A stretch of 64,000 bases of DNA from Octopus vulgaris (Eukaryota): the NCBI GenBank assembly GCA_951406725.2, contig OX597814.1:58032001-58096000 (forward strand), in the 5' to 3' direction. A program made the translations under genes and the position numbers. The notes under the pieces are model-generated. The model saw nothing but the letters and a program-made list of their open reading frames with translations. It was not told where the DNA came from and searched no databases. Positions 13,863 through 25,084 of this stretch are shown here, in pieces. Position 1 is the first letter of the stretch. The number at the start of each line of letters is the position of its first letter.

Positions 13863-14552
13863 TTCCGTTGTTAATATTGTGGGCTATATTTTTGAGAGAC
13901 AAATTCATTTCTGATGAATTCACAACAAGGACTGTGCACTTAGATAATTCATACCAAATATTTGTTGCTATTAAACAGAATTCTATGCATTTATTTCTCT
14001 CGAAAATACTTTCATTTTCCTGAAGACAAAAGCAGATGTTATATACATTTCACATTTCGAAGAAAAGCATTTCATATAAAAAAAAATTTTCTTGTTAAAC
14101 CTGAAAAATGAATACTATTCCACTAATCTTCTGTTAATGTATTTCTCTGTTTTTGTTGATATTTAAATGTCATTAAACGAAAATGTAGAGACAGCTCTTT
14201 TAATCAGACAAAATTCTGTTTGTGTATGAATATTTTATTTACTCGTTTACTTTTATCTATTTTTATCTATTTCAGGTTTCGAAACGTAATCGAGAATATG
14301 TGAGATAATTTACTAGTTCAGCATTGTAGTTGCATGTATGGGTTTGAATTCAAAGGTTGATTGATATATAGCAAATGATATTTTTACAGAATGGTACGAA
14401 TGTTATCTGGCCTACATAATATATTCCTTTTGTATGGCATCTGTGACATGTTTGCTGTTAATGCAAAAAGAAATGTGTCAAACGATCAAATTGAAACAGA
14501 GATGCATAACAAAATAATTTAAGTTTGCTATAACCACGATATTAATAATGAA

Positions 14553-14619
14553 TTTCTTCTTTTTTTTCTTCTTCTTCTTCTTCTTCTTCTTCTTCTTCTT
14601 CTTCTACCTCTTCTCCTTC

Positions 14620-14651
<32 letters not shown>

Positions 14652-15090
14652 CTTCTTCTTCTTCTTCTTCGTCCTCTTCCCCTCCTGCTCCTCCTCCTTC
14701 TCCCCTTCCATCCTTCCCCATCATCTCCTCCTCCTTCTCCCCTTCCCCATCATCTCCTCCTCCTTCTCCCCTTCCCCATCCTCTCCTCCTTTTCCTCTTC
14801 CCCCTTCCTCCTCCTCCTTCCCTTCCTCCTCCTCCTCCTCCTCCTCCAGCTCCTCTACTTCGTGCTCCTCCTGTTTCCTTCTTCTTTCTACCCCGTTATT
14901 CCTCCTCTCTCCCTCCTCCTCCTCCACTTCATATTCTCCCTCCACTTCCTATTCTTCCTCCCCTGTTCTTCCTCCTCCTCCTCCTCCTCCTCCTTATAGT
15001 TTCCTTCCCTGTTTCTCTTCCTCCTATTCTTCCTCCTCCCCCTCCCTTTCTTCCTCGTCCTCCTCCTCATTTCCTCCTCTCTTCCTCCTC
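14553..15090. repeat. ~540 bp polypyrimidine/polypurine tract ((CTT)n, (CCT)n and variants)
   Basis: Plus strand is almost entirely C/T; source of the poly-F/S/P/E pseudo-ORFs. Confidence 0.95.
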
Positions 15091-15164
15091 TCAGAATGTA
15101 CAGTCAGACGAATGTTACTAAGCATTTTGCTCGCCGTGCTAACAGTTCTGCCAGATTGCCGCCC
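15090..15164 (-). mobile_element. SINE family A head fragment
   Basis: taagcattttgctcgccgtgctaacagttctgccagattgccgcc is the rc of the family A head; abuts the pyrimidine tract. Confidence 0.7.
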
Positions 15165-15689
15165 TACCCAGAAGATGTATTATTACAATACGGTAAACGA
15201 TCGCTAATAGCTCGTGGCAGCAAACTAGAAATGCTTGAGTTTCAGATAATAAAAACAAACAAAAAACCCTTCAAAGTTGACAACCGTTCACAGGTTCATA
15301 ACATATTTTCATGATAAACATAAGTATAACATGTATATTCAACGACCGTAACATCATTTCACAAGTCTCAGCTATAATAGCTTTACGCATGTCCTAAGAC
15401 TATGTGAACGACATCAATGCACATAATTCTTCGTGGAATAAAGATAATTTCGATAACTCAAGTTCTGACACAAAAGCGTTAAAACTAAACACCCGTTATA
15501 TCCTTAAAATATGCCACAAGCTATTAGGTACCCACGTATAAGCAGGTTGCATATCACTTCTCTGTAAACCCAATTTTCTTATCTATATCCCTAACACGCC
15601 ACTACTATATGGCAAATAGACTCCCAACTATTATCTTGTATATCATAATCATATACTGCAAGAATTAAAGATAATGCTATTTCCTAAAT

Positions 15690-15899
15690 ACTGGTTTCAA
15701 ATTTTGCTACAGGGCCAGCAATTTGGAGGGGGTGGTAAATCAATGACATCAACTCTAGTGCTCAACTGGTATTTATTTCATCGACACCGAAAATATGAAA
15801 GGTAAAGTCGACTACGGCAGAATTTGAGATCTGAACGTAAAAACGAACGAAATACCGCTACCCAGCGTGTTAAAGGTTCTCTCAGTTCGCCGTCTTATA
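15690..15899 (-). mobile_element. SINE family A, first of a tandem pair
   Basis: Family A body and head; flanked by atttcctaaat at 15679-15689 and 15900-15910. Confidence 0.82.
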
Positions 15900-15910
15900 A
15901 TTTCCTAAAT

Positions 15911-16102
15911 ATTGACTTCGAATGTTGGCGCACTGCAAGAAATGTCTGGAGATATTCAACTAGTACTTATTTTATAGAGCCCGAAGGTAAGAAAGGCAAA
16001 GTCGATCTCGGCGGAATTTGAATTCAGAACATAAAAAACGGACGAAATACCACAAATATTTGGCCTGGTGTGTTAACGATTCTGCCAGCTCGCTGCCTTA
16101 CA
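15911..16102 (-). mobile_element. SINE family A, second of a tandem pair
   Basis: Family A body and head; flanked by atttcctaaat at 15900-15910 and 16103-16113. Confidence 0.82.
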
Positions 16103-16759
16103 ATTTCCTAAATTTTAAGATAAAAAATGTACTAGATCCGTTTCTTACCAATACGTATATTGATACGTATATTTCATACGTATTTTCTTCAGCCCTCTTT
16201 TCTTGTCTATGTTCTAACATCAACAAGAAGATGGCGTTTAATGCACCAATATACGCTCTCCCCTTCCTCCCTAACCTGGGTACCTGCTAGGTATTCTTCC
16301 AGATATTTTGGCTAAAATCAACATGTTTATTTCTCTAAGTTAATATGATGTCACAACTGCTTTCCAAACTCCTCCAAAGACCAGCAACACTTTTCTTTGA
16401 CTAAACCTCATTTTTAAATCGTGGTCACCTAAAGTTTTTCATCTTCGGTGATTTTAAGGATGTCACTGTTAATAGATCACTATTAGAAACTTCTACAGTC
16501 CGTCCTTTGTAAATATCTTGTTTAAGCTTGCGAACTATAGAACTTTGACGGAAATATTTACAAATAATTATTATAACTTGCCCCTTGTACCTTTATCTTC
16601 TTAGTGATTAACAATACGTCTTATGCCGTTCACATACAATACCTTGCTTTTGTAAATTTTATCCTGCACAGTGTTTGAGTGGGCTTAATGCAATAATCCT
16701 CTGACTATGTTGCGTCTTTGTGGAGGCCATGAATATGAACATTACTGTTAGATCATATG

Positions 16760-17200
16760 TGTTGAAATTGGGATTTGCGAATTAATCACTGGACATAAGA
16801 ATGCATGACAACCGCATTTGCTGCAGCTAATCTCTTTAAGAAAGTCACAGTTCTGGTTAAAATATAGACTGAGAATTTGGATATGGTTACAGAATATTTC
16901 CAGGTATTTTCAGATGACGATTCATGCATTGTATATTCGTGTCGATGTCATTGATTTTGTTTTTGCAGTAGATCAACGTTCTCTCAACAGAGGTTTGGCG
17001 TATGATATGGATAGATTCCAAATGATCTTGGGTGTATGTGTTAACAGGAATCATTTGTCATACGACAAATGTGACACGCCTGGCAATAACGTAAGAGGTA
17101 CATATCTCCATTGCGCAGACGGACTCTGAACGTTTCTGCTGAGAGTCATACAGCGTTGAAACGTTGCTAGCCAAGGGAATTATGAATCCGTCTTGCACAT
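16760..17200 (+). mobile_element. Heavily degraded RTE-type LINE reverse-transcriptase fragment
   Basis: Weak motif echoes: LISLRKSQ (cf. LTISLKKT), then LGVCV...YLHC (cf. KVYRAVV...FHLRCLR), across frameshifts. Confidence 0.3.
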
Positions 17201-17641
17201 AATGCCGCTTCCTTTCCTTTGTAAGTAAGGCAATATTAATTTTCAACCTGGCGGCTATGACAACTTCCCACCTTTCCGGAAATTGCTGATCTTGTGCCAA
17301 CATATGAAACAATATTTTGAAGTAGTGCTTGGAAACAAGAAGGTCTCCTTATTTTCAAGTGCTGCTTGAGAAGTCAGACATTATTTCTCTTTTACATATT
17401 TTTAAGCGTAAATAAGATGGACAAGTTTAACATGGCTTAATGGGCAAACACTGAATAAGGTGATGTAGATATCATTTGCTTTGAATTTTGATGCTTTATT
17501 TTGAAATATAAGCAATTCTAGTCTGCTGTCGTGCAATCGTTTTCGGCAGCTAGCATAAGCATGGGTGTGTATCTATGGTGAAACATTTATAATTTATGTG
17601 CAGGTTTACTAGTACAAACAAACACGCACACTCACCCCTAT

Positions 17642-17693
<52 letters not shown>

Positions 17694-19314
17694 AGACAGT
17701 CATACACACACATATACATACACACTCACAAGCACACACACACACACACACACTCACATAGGCATATGTGAATGTACTTTGGCATAGATAACTATAAAAT
17801 ATGAAGAACTACGTAGAATAAGAATATAATGGCTTGTTCGGAAAAGGAAAAATGGGAGAAAAAATAGTAGTTTCCATGTTTTTACTTTACTAATATTCTT
17901 TATCTTTACTTTCAACAGGGATGTACTGCTAATATTAGGGTAATCAAAGTGATATAGATCATTCAATAAGATATCCATCTCTCCTGCAAATTTTGTGAAC
18001 GTGTACCAATCTAAGAAAATCATTGCTCATAAATTTTATTATTAATATTTTGGCACTTTAATCTTTATCGTATACTTGCTTTCTATTAAAACGGTTCTAG
18101 CTATTTTCAACTTTGGCTGCGTACAGAATTATTTCTGATTTTGTGCTTTGTCTATGTTATGATGGATTAGCAAGGCGAAGTGTATTTTTCTTGATGTTTT
18201 AGTTATTAACTTCTTCTCAATGTTTCTCTTTCTATGGGGATGGTTCATATTTTCAATCAAAACTATATGATTATCATTCCAAGATCTTCAAATTTCTGCA
18301 TTTCTTTTTGTGGTACAATCTTTTCAGCTGGATTTTATCCATTCTCTACGCAATTTTCATTTTACTGATATGCATCGGCAATAATGTATTTATTTGCCGT
18401 AATCTCCTTCTCTTTGTAAAATGACATGCCCTTGTGTATGATGACTATAATCTTTTGTAAACTTTTATGAAATGTAGATTCATAAGCTGTAATAAACTAC
18501 GAAAGTGCTGGCATTTTCACACTCGTAGATATATATTTCCATTTAGCTAAGCTACAATATGACAAATTATTTATTCATAGTATTCAGATATTCTGCCGTT
18601 AACCGTTTCAACCCGATTCCTGTCTTGATTGTTAGTGCAATTTCTACTTGTGCAACGATGAATAGTGCTATATTTTCGGCTTTCACCCTGTATATCACCG
18701 CTTGGCCTGCGATATTTGCCACCACCACTGTGCTCAAATTTTTCCTCAAATCAAAGTAGGTCATTTTGTAATTTATTTCCTATGTTACGTTTTCTTTGTA
18801 ATTTTAAACTACTTTCTTGTGTTGCTTCTTTATTCTCGAGTCTCGGGTCTCAGCTTATATATTTCGTATCTTTTGGCCTCGTTGGAAGCAGAGAACAATA
18901 TATTCATTTTCTTAATGTTTTCTAGGTATTTGTATTAGCGAGCCAATATTCATTACAAGTCGCCTAGAAATAATAGTCTAGCAGGAAGCACCATATATAT
19001 ATCCCTACTCATCGTAAACATAACAGCTCTTTTTTGCAATTTGTATACTAGTCAGTGTAATTATCGTTCTTGCTAAATCAGTTAGATTCCGTTTAAAATA
19101 TGACAACTGGAATAGCTTGAATAATGATATGCATCACTTTACTTTACGCATATAACTCCATATCATTCCATTAATTTTAAAAATGTAATTCTACTTATCA
19201 AATTAATCTAATGGAATTAGGATTATTTTCGTAATTTTGTTTCATATATGCGAACTTTACGATATCTACTTCATTAAATGATAAGATTTTAAAATTCTGC
19301 TTGTTTTAATGCTC

Positions 19315-19345
<31 letters not shown>

Positions 19346-19353
19346 TATTTTAA

Positions 19354-19434
<81 letters not shown>

Positions 19435-19528
19435 GTGTGTGGAAAACACTCGGCGAGAAACGGAAGAAAATTTGAAGAAAGAAGGAAAAAACATAACAAC
19501 AACAACAACAACAATAATAATAATAATG

Positions 19529-19598
<70 letters not shown>

Positions 19599-19674
19599 TG
19601 ATAATAATAATAATGCAGTACGAGAGACCAAAGTCAACCTCGGCAACTTGCCTTGCTATTATCATCATTATTAT

Positions 19675-20208
19675 AGTGGCTTTCATGACTTCTGATCTTA
19701 ACTAATTGGAAGTTTTATCATGTAATGTTTTGTCTTGGTATAAAAAGATGGGCTACTACAAATATTCTGCTCAATACTACAGATTTACTTGTTAACTGTT
19801 TGACCTTAACCACTTGAGCATTTTCGTTAGTGACTGACGATAGGAGCATATGTGATCACGAGCAGAATTGTAGGGGAGCATCATAGCTATGTGCTGAGAG
19901 GAATCGTTTGGGCTTTGAAAAATTCACCTCTTAAAATATGAATATTTCGTCCATCATCCTTAAACGACCCTTATTCTGGGATGTTTTGAGTGGGATGGGT
20001 TACTCAACCTGAAGAAAAATTCTAACTGGGCACCATCTGCAAAGTCATGCGCAGTTTCTCTTGATATGAGGTCACTATATCGTGCATATATGGTTGTGAT
20101 GCATGTGCCTGGTGAATCCTTATCAGACGGGTAGTTATGATGGGTATATTGGGCTTCGTGTATTTGTACCCTAGTGTTACTTTGATGGTATGCATTGCTC
20201 TCTCACTC
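19675..20208 (+). mobile_element. Non-coding retro-unit, copy 3 (more diverged)
   Basis: Colinear with 9780-10338; same 3' end tctctcactc + AAT repeats; lies in an (AAT)n-rich block. Confidence 0.8.
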
Positions 20209-20231
20209 AATAATAATAATGATGATAATAG

Positions 20232-20335
20232 CAAGGCAAGTTGGTAGAATCGTTAACACAACGGACAAAGTTCTTAGAGCTATTTCGTCTTTCTGTAGCT
20301 TTTGAGTTCAAATTCTGCCGAGGTTGACTTTTGGG
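20232..20335 (+). mobile_element. SINE family A, 5' half
   Basis: aggcaagttggtagaatcgttaac...gagttcaaattctgccgaggttgacttt. Confidence 0.75.
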
Positions 20336-20382
20336 ATTGATGTAATCTTCCAAATTTCAGACACTGTGTGTTTAGTAGAAAA

Positions 20383-20413
<31 letters not shown>

Positions 20414-20446
20414 TTACAATAACAGATATTATTATTATTATTATTA

Positions 20447-20520
<74 letters not shown>

Positions 20521-20524
<4 letters not shown>

Positions 20525-20720
20525 GTTTGATTTTTGATTTGTTTTTGTACAAGTTGCCTCCAAGTCTCGCCTAGAGTCATCAAGAGAACAAGTTAGAAGT
20601 TCATGTTGATGTTATGCCTAGAGTATCATATATTTGGCTTTGAACATAGTACTGCTCTAGAGAGTGTTTAAGAAAACAAGAACATTATGAATTTGTTTTA
20701 AAATTTGAGATTGCATAGAC
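20521..20720 (-). mobile_element. Probable 3' UTR of another R4/Dong family ending in (AAT)n
   Basis: Minus strand reads gtctatgcaatctcaaat...gagacttggaggcaacttgtacaaaaacaaatcaaaaatcaaacat then (AAT)n; lies just downstream of the minus-strand RLE fragment at 20808-21125. Confidence 0.55.
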
Positions 20721-20807
20721 TATTGTTTATTGATTATTATTATTATTATTATTGTTGTTGTTGTTATTGGGAAGCAAGCTTCTTACCACACAGCCACTCC
20801 TGCGCCT

Positions 20808-21125
20808 TATATTTACTTAATTTGTCAAATTCCTTTACAGATATATCTTTATCTGTGGGAACATTTACATCTATTAGTCTACAAGTATTTTCTTCCTTTT
20901 CCTTAATGACTATTTCTGGTCGATTGGCCAGGATCGTTCTGGCGGAGGTGACTGAAAAATCTCAGAGAATAGTGACATTTTTACATTCAACGACTGATTT
21001 AGGATGATGTTCATATCAGTAAGCGGGAGTGTTGGTTTTATAATATTTACATACTTTCAATGGAAATACTGCCCTACCCTATCGTGGCCATTTTTTGTAT
21101 GCATTTGATGTTAGCACAGATGTTC
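20808..21125 (-). mobile_element. R4/Dong-type RLE fragment, second family
   Basis: Minus-strand translation with stops: HDRVGQY...YEHHPKSVVECKNVTIL*DF...ILANRPEIVIKEKEENTCRLIDVNVPTDKDISVKEFDKLSKYK. Confidence 0.85.
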
Positions 21126-21134
21126 TACGGTGCC

Positions 21135-21900
21135 AGCTACAGGTAAACTAAGGTATCACCCTTATTTTTCTCGCACCATCTGGAGTATTCGAGCGGTTCC
21201 AAGCAGTACTGGTTTCTGCAAGTGCTCCACCCTTATTGCAGCCCCTATTTGCTCCAAGTACTCACTGTTCCCAGGGCTGCGACAGATATTACTATCACTT
21301 TTTTCGTCGACCACAACTGTTTAATCTCCCAAGCTAACCTGTCATATATATTGACTTCTCTTTCTTCCTTATCGCACACCTTGTTGTCAGCTGGGCATGC
21401 TATATCTATGATCCAGCATCATTTGCTTTCTATCTCAAGACTACGTCTAGCGTCCTATTCTCTATCTCATGGTTGCACTGAATCATAGAATCCCATACAA
21501 TTTTGCATTATCATTTTCGAGAATGCCTTCCGATTTAAGTTAGTACCACGTTTTTGCCCATGCTTGTTGCAAAGTCTCTAAAGGGCAATTCTTGCTATAT
21601 TACCATGACAATATTTATATTCTGTATGTGCTAGTGGCGTACATTCACTGGTAATATGCTTACGGTTTCACCATTTTGTCCACAAATTCTGCACTTATCG
21701 ATTGTCTATTCTGTATTTGATGTAATTCGTTCTTAGTGCTTGCTGTTGGCTAGCACAGATTAAAACATCTGTTACCGTTTTTAAAGCACTTTTTGTAATC
21801 CATAGCTGTCATTTTTCTCTGTCTGTCTTATCTTGAAAATCCCTATGAAATTGTTCATGCATTCTTTTCTTTATCAAGTTTTATGCAATGTATTGTTTCA
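21135..21900 (-). mobile_element. R4/Dong-type CCHC+RLE fragment, third family (degraded)
   Basis: Minus strand: QQQALRTNYIKYRID..CRICGQNGETV.HITSECTPLAHTEYK...CWIIDIACPADNKVCDKE...EHLQKPVLLGTARILQMVREK*. Confidence 0.85.
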
Positions 21901-22511
21901 TTACATGCTTTTCTTGGTTTCCAGTGGGCTGTGTCAAATTTTGGCTGCGTTGAGGTTTTTTCTTACTAGCCTTTTAGCATGGCATCTGGTAGCTCTGTTT
22001 TTAGTTGTTACACAATTCGTGTTATTATTTCACTTTACAAACATCTATCATATATCAGCTTCTGATTCAATTTATTGGCTTTCGTGCACACAGGATTTAA
22101 TTTGTTCATGTTTTGTAATACTCGTGTAAGTTTTCTATTCTTTATATAATAATAGTTTATTCTTAGAGGAGATAATTTATTGCAATGTTCTGGTTGCATA
22201 AGGCACTTATCTCGGTATGTTTTTGTTAAATGTAATGCGTCTGAATAATAAATTTGTTTTTGATTATATTTATATTGTTAATGAAGTTATTATTTTTCTT
22301 GCGGATTCACTTTGCAGCGCATACATTTAGAACTTTATAAGGATACTATTTGTAAGGATGCTAAATCTTTAGTATTAATGAATAATATTTTATTTCTATG
22401 CTATCAGCCTCGGTTTTATGTCTCAACTTAATGAATCTACAACATTCCCTCATTTTTATTTTATTTGTTCCCTGCCTTAAGATCATTAAGTCGTAAATAT
22501 TTATAAGATCA

Positions 22512-22902
22512 CTAGCAGTATCGCCCGGCGTTGCTCGGGTTTGTAAGGGAAATAACTCTATAAGCATTTTTAGAGTTATAGTAAGAAAATAGGGAAAAAA
22601 TGCATTAAAAATGGAAAAAAAAATGGTAAATTTTTTTAAATCGTTGACACATCGTAGACATTTTTAGAGAGTTACTTCTCTTATATAATAGCGAAAAAAT
22701 GCATTAAAATGAAAAAAATGATGGTAAATTTTTAAAAAAGTCGTAGACTCATCGTAGACACGAGCTAATACCCAGAAGGGCTCGATATGAATCACGACTA
22801 TAAGATACCCGATTTTGGTTAAACTGCACCGCAAAATGTGGGAGTAGTTAGGAATCTAAATCGTAGGAGAGAGACACACAACTTCACTTTTATATATAAA
22901 GA
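22512..22902 (-). mobile_element. Non-autonomous Helitron (complete ends)
   Basis: Minus strand starts TCTTTATATATAAAAGTG, ends with hairpin cccgagcaacgccggg ~10 nt before CTAG; inserted between A and T; no TSD. Confidence 0.88.
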
Positions 22903-22903
22903 T

Positions 22904-24166
22904 TTGTGCAACAACTAAAACATTCGGTTGTGCAAATTGTTTGCACAGGAAACCTTCCCTGTGTGGCGGTTTTTGCCGTTTTTGTGGATCTGTTTCAGCT
23001 TTTTTAGTGATTTCTGTTTTGGCGACTTCAAGCCATGAAGTCGTTGTTCTAAAAGAACGCTGGTCTCCTTGACAACGCTTTACGACGTTGGTTTCCCTAC
23101 CCTGCCTTCCCCACAGCTTCACGAGGGAGGTAAGATGGGGAGGAGCTACACAGGTGCAGGTGCGAGCATGAACGCCAACGCCGCCACCGACACACGAAAA
23201 AATTGGAAGAACCCAGACGACAGCTTCAGCCACCAGAACCATCACCACTACCACCATGACCACCACCACCACTACGCCCATGACCATCACCACCATCATC
23301 ACCACGAACACCACGACCACCATCATCACCACCCCCACCCCACCAACAACAACAACAACACCACCACCACCACCACAAACACGACGACCACGACGACCAC
23401 CATCATCACCACTACCACCACCACAACAACAACAACAACACCACCACCACCACAAACACGACGACCACGACGACCACCATCACCACTACCAGCACCACCG
23501 CTACCACCGCTGCCACTACCACCGCCTCCACCACCATCATACTATGCCTCTGCTCTCTCCTTTTGGCTACTAAATCCATTACCATATTTCACAAGTACCA
23601 TCGCCATACAATATTGCCTTCAAAAGTTTGTGTTTGGATAATATTTTTTAAGTAAAAGTTGTGCAACAACTATAACATTCGGTTGTGCAAATTATTTGCA
23701 CGGGAAACCTTCCCTGTGTGGCGTGTTTCCCGATTTTGTAGAATTTGCTTTCGGGCTTTCTTAGTCATTTCTGTTTTGGTGTCTTCAAGCCATGAAGTCG
23801 TTGTTCTAAAAGAACGCTGGTCTCCTTGACAACGCTTTACGACGTTGATTTCCTTACACTCCCTTCCCCACAGCTTCACGAGGGACGGAAGAAGGGGGAG
23901 AAGCAACACAGGTGCAGGTGTGAGCATGGACGCCAATTCCGCCGCCAATTAAAAAAATATGCGTTAAAATGGAAAAAAATGATGTTAAATTATTTTAAAA
24001 ATCGTAGACTCATTGTAGACGCGCGCTAATACACAGACGGGCTTGATATGAATCACAACTATAAGATACCCGAATTTGGTTAAATTTCACCGCAAAATGT
24101 GGGAGTAGTTAGGAATCTAAACGAAGGGAACAGACACTCACACAACTACAGTTTTATATATATAGA
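22904..24166 (-). mobile_element. Related Helitron-derived segment with a second 5' TC end, an internal ~290 bp duplication and a (CAC/CAT/CAA)n expansion
   Basis: 23950-24166 parallels 22690-22902 and ends in rc TCTATATATATAAAACTG; 22904-23200 is duplicated at 23659-23950; trinucleotide block at 23232-23540. Confidence 0.75.
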
Positions 24167-24659
24167 TTTTCGCGGTAATTCATTAATTCGTTCCCAAATT
24201 CTCTTTCCTCCAGTATACCTTGGCGAATGCTTTTAATTCGAATCTCAAATCAATTCATCCAGTGAATTCATTTAACGTGTAAATGTTTATACTTGTTTTT
24301 AATGCCCGTGATGAACAATTAAAAGTCGTCCATATGCAAAACAAAATAAAACAACAAAAAACAAAGTTGGTGTCTGTCCTCCTATAGGGTTCGTATCCCC
24401 ATTCAGTCTTGTTTAATAAGACTATCAAGAGTGTGAACAGCAGGTGAAAAAGGTGTAGTGCGACACTGTCTCTTTGGAACTTTTCTCTTCCACTGGAAGC
24501 TGAGGTAGTTGTTCTGAGTTCCTCTTTTGTCTACATCAGGAGAATTCCCGACCAATTATTTTAAAAATCGTAGACTCATTGTTTAATGTACACGCTTGTT
24601 AATGCTGTTACCATAATCTTGAGTAATACTGCTGTCAAGATTATCATGGTAGATATTAC

Positions 24660-25050
24660 ATATTATGCTCAAACCTTTCTCTCTCCTTGCAAAGTGTTCG
24701 TGTTTGCCTTTGTTGCTCAGTAATATATATTTTAAAAACCATATAAAGTTTGGTAGTATCACTTGTCTTGTCCTGGAAACGGGTTGCTTTTTTTTGTAAA
24801 TAAATATACATTATTAGCAATACTATGGACAATATACGATAAAGGGAAATGTAGGCTGTCGGTTTCCGGTGGTTAATGTCTTTTTCTTGCAAACGTAGCT
24901 TACTCATGATATTAAGGTGATTTTTACAATAGTTCTTATGCTCACAAAGGTTTTATTTCTGCTGTTAGTTTATTAAATGACTTGATGAAAATACTTGTTG
25001 GACTTGGTATATTCAATCGTGTTATTTTTAAGAACTTAGGGGTCTGATTG
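24660..25050 (-). mobile_element. Degraded Penelope-like RT C-terminal fragment
   Basis: Minus strand DINHRKPTAY (cf. TDIYRKPT), preceded by an IKF-like remnant; many stops. Confidence 0.4.
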
Positions 25051-25084
25051 TTATTGCAAAAATAGTATTTCTCAATAAGGATAT

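Noticed and set aside
14250-14310. Strong plus-strand splice acceptor (ttttatctatttcag) followed by VSKRNREYVR*
   Set aside because: Too short to assess, no partner exon or homology seen, and such acceptors arise by chance in AT-rich DNA.
14542-15207. Poly-E and poly-F/S/P ORFs
   Set aside because: Produced by the CTT/CCT tract plus a SINE head.
17900-18960. Overlapping short ORFs (18559-18938) as a possible gene
   Set aside because: No frame stays open and no motif is recognisable. A weak KFEDLG-like remnant on the minus strand suggests very old LINE debris, too decayed to call.
22856-23641. His/Thr/Pro-rich ORFs resembling a histidine-rich or mucin-like protein
   Set aside because: They derive from a CAC/CAT/CAA expansion inside a Helitron-derived segment, and the flanking codons are duplicated non-coding element sequence.
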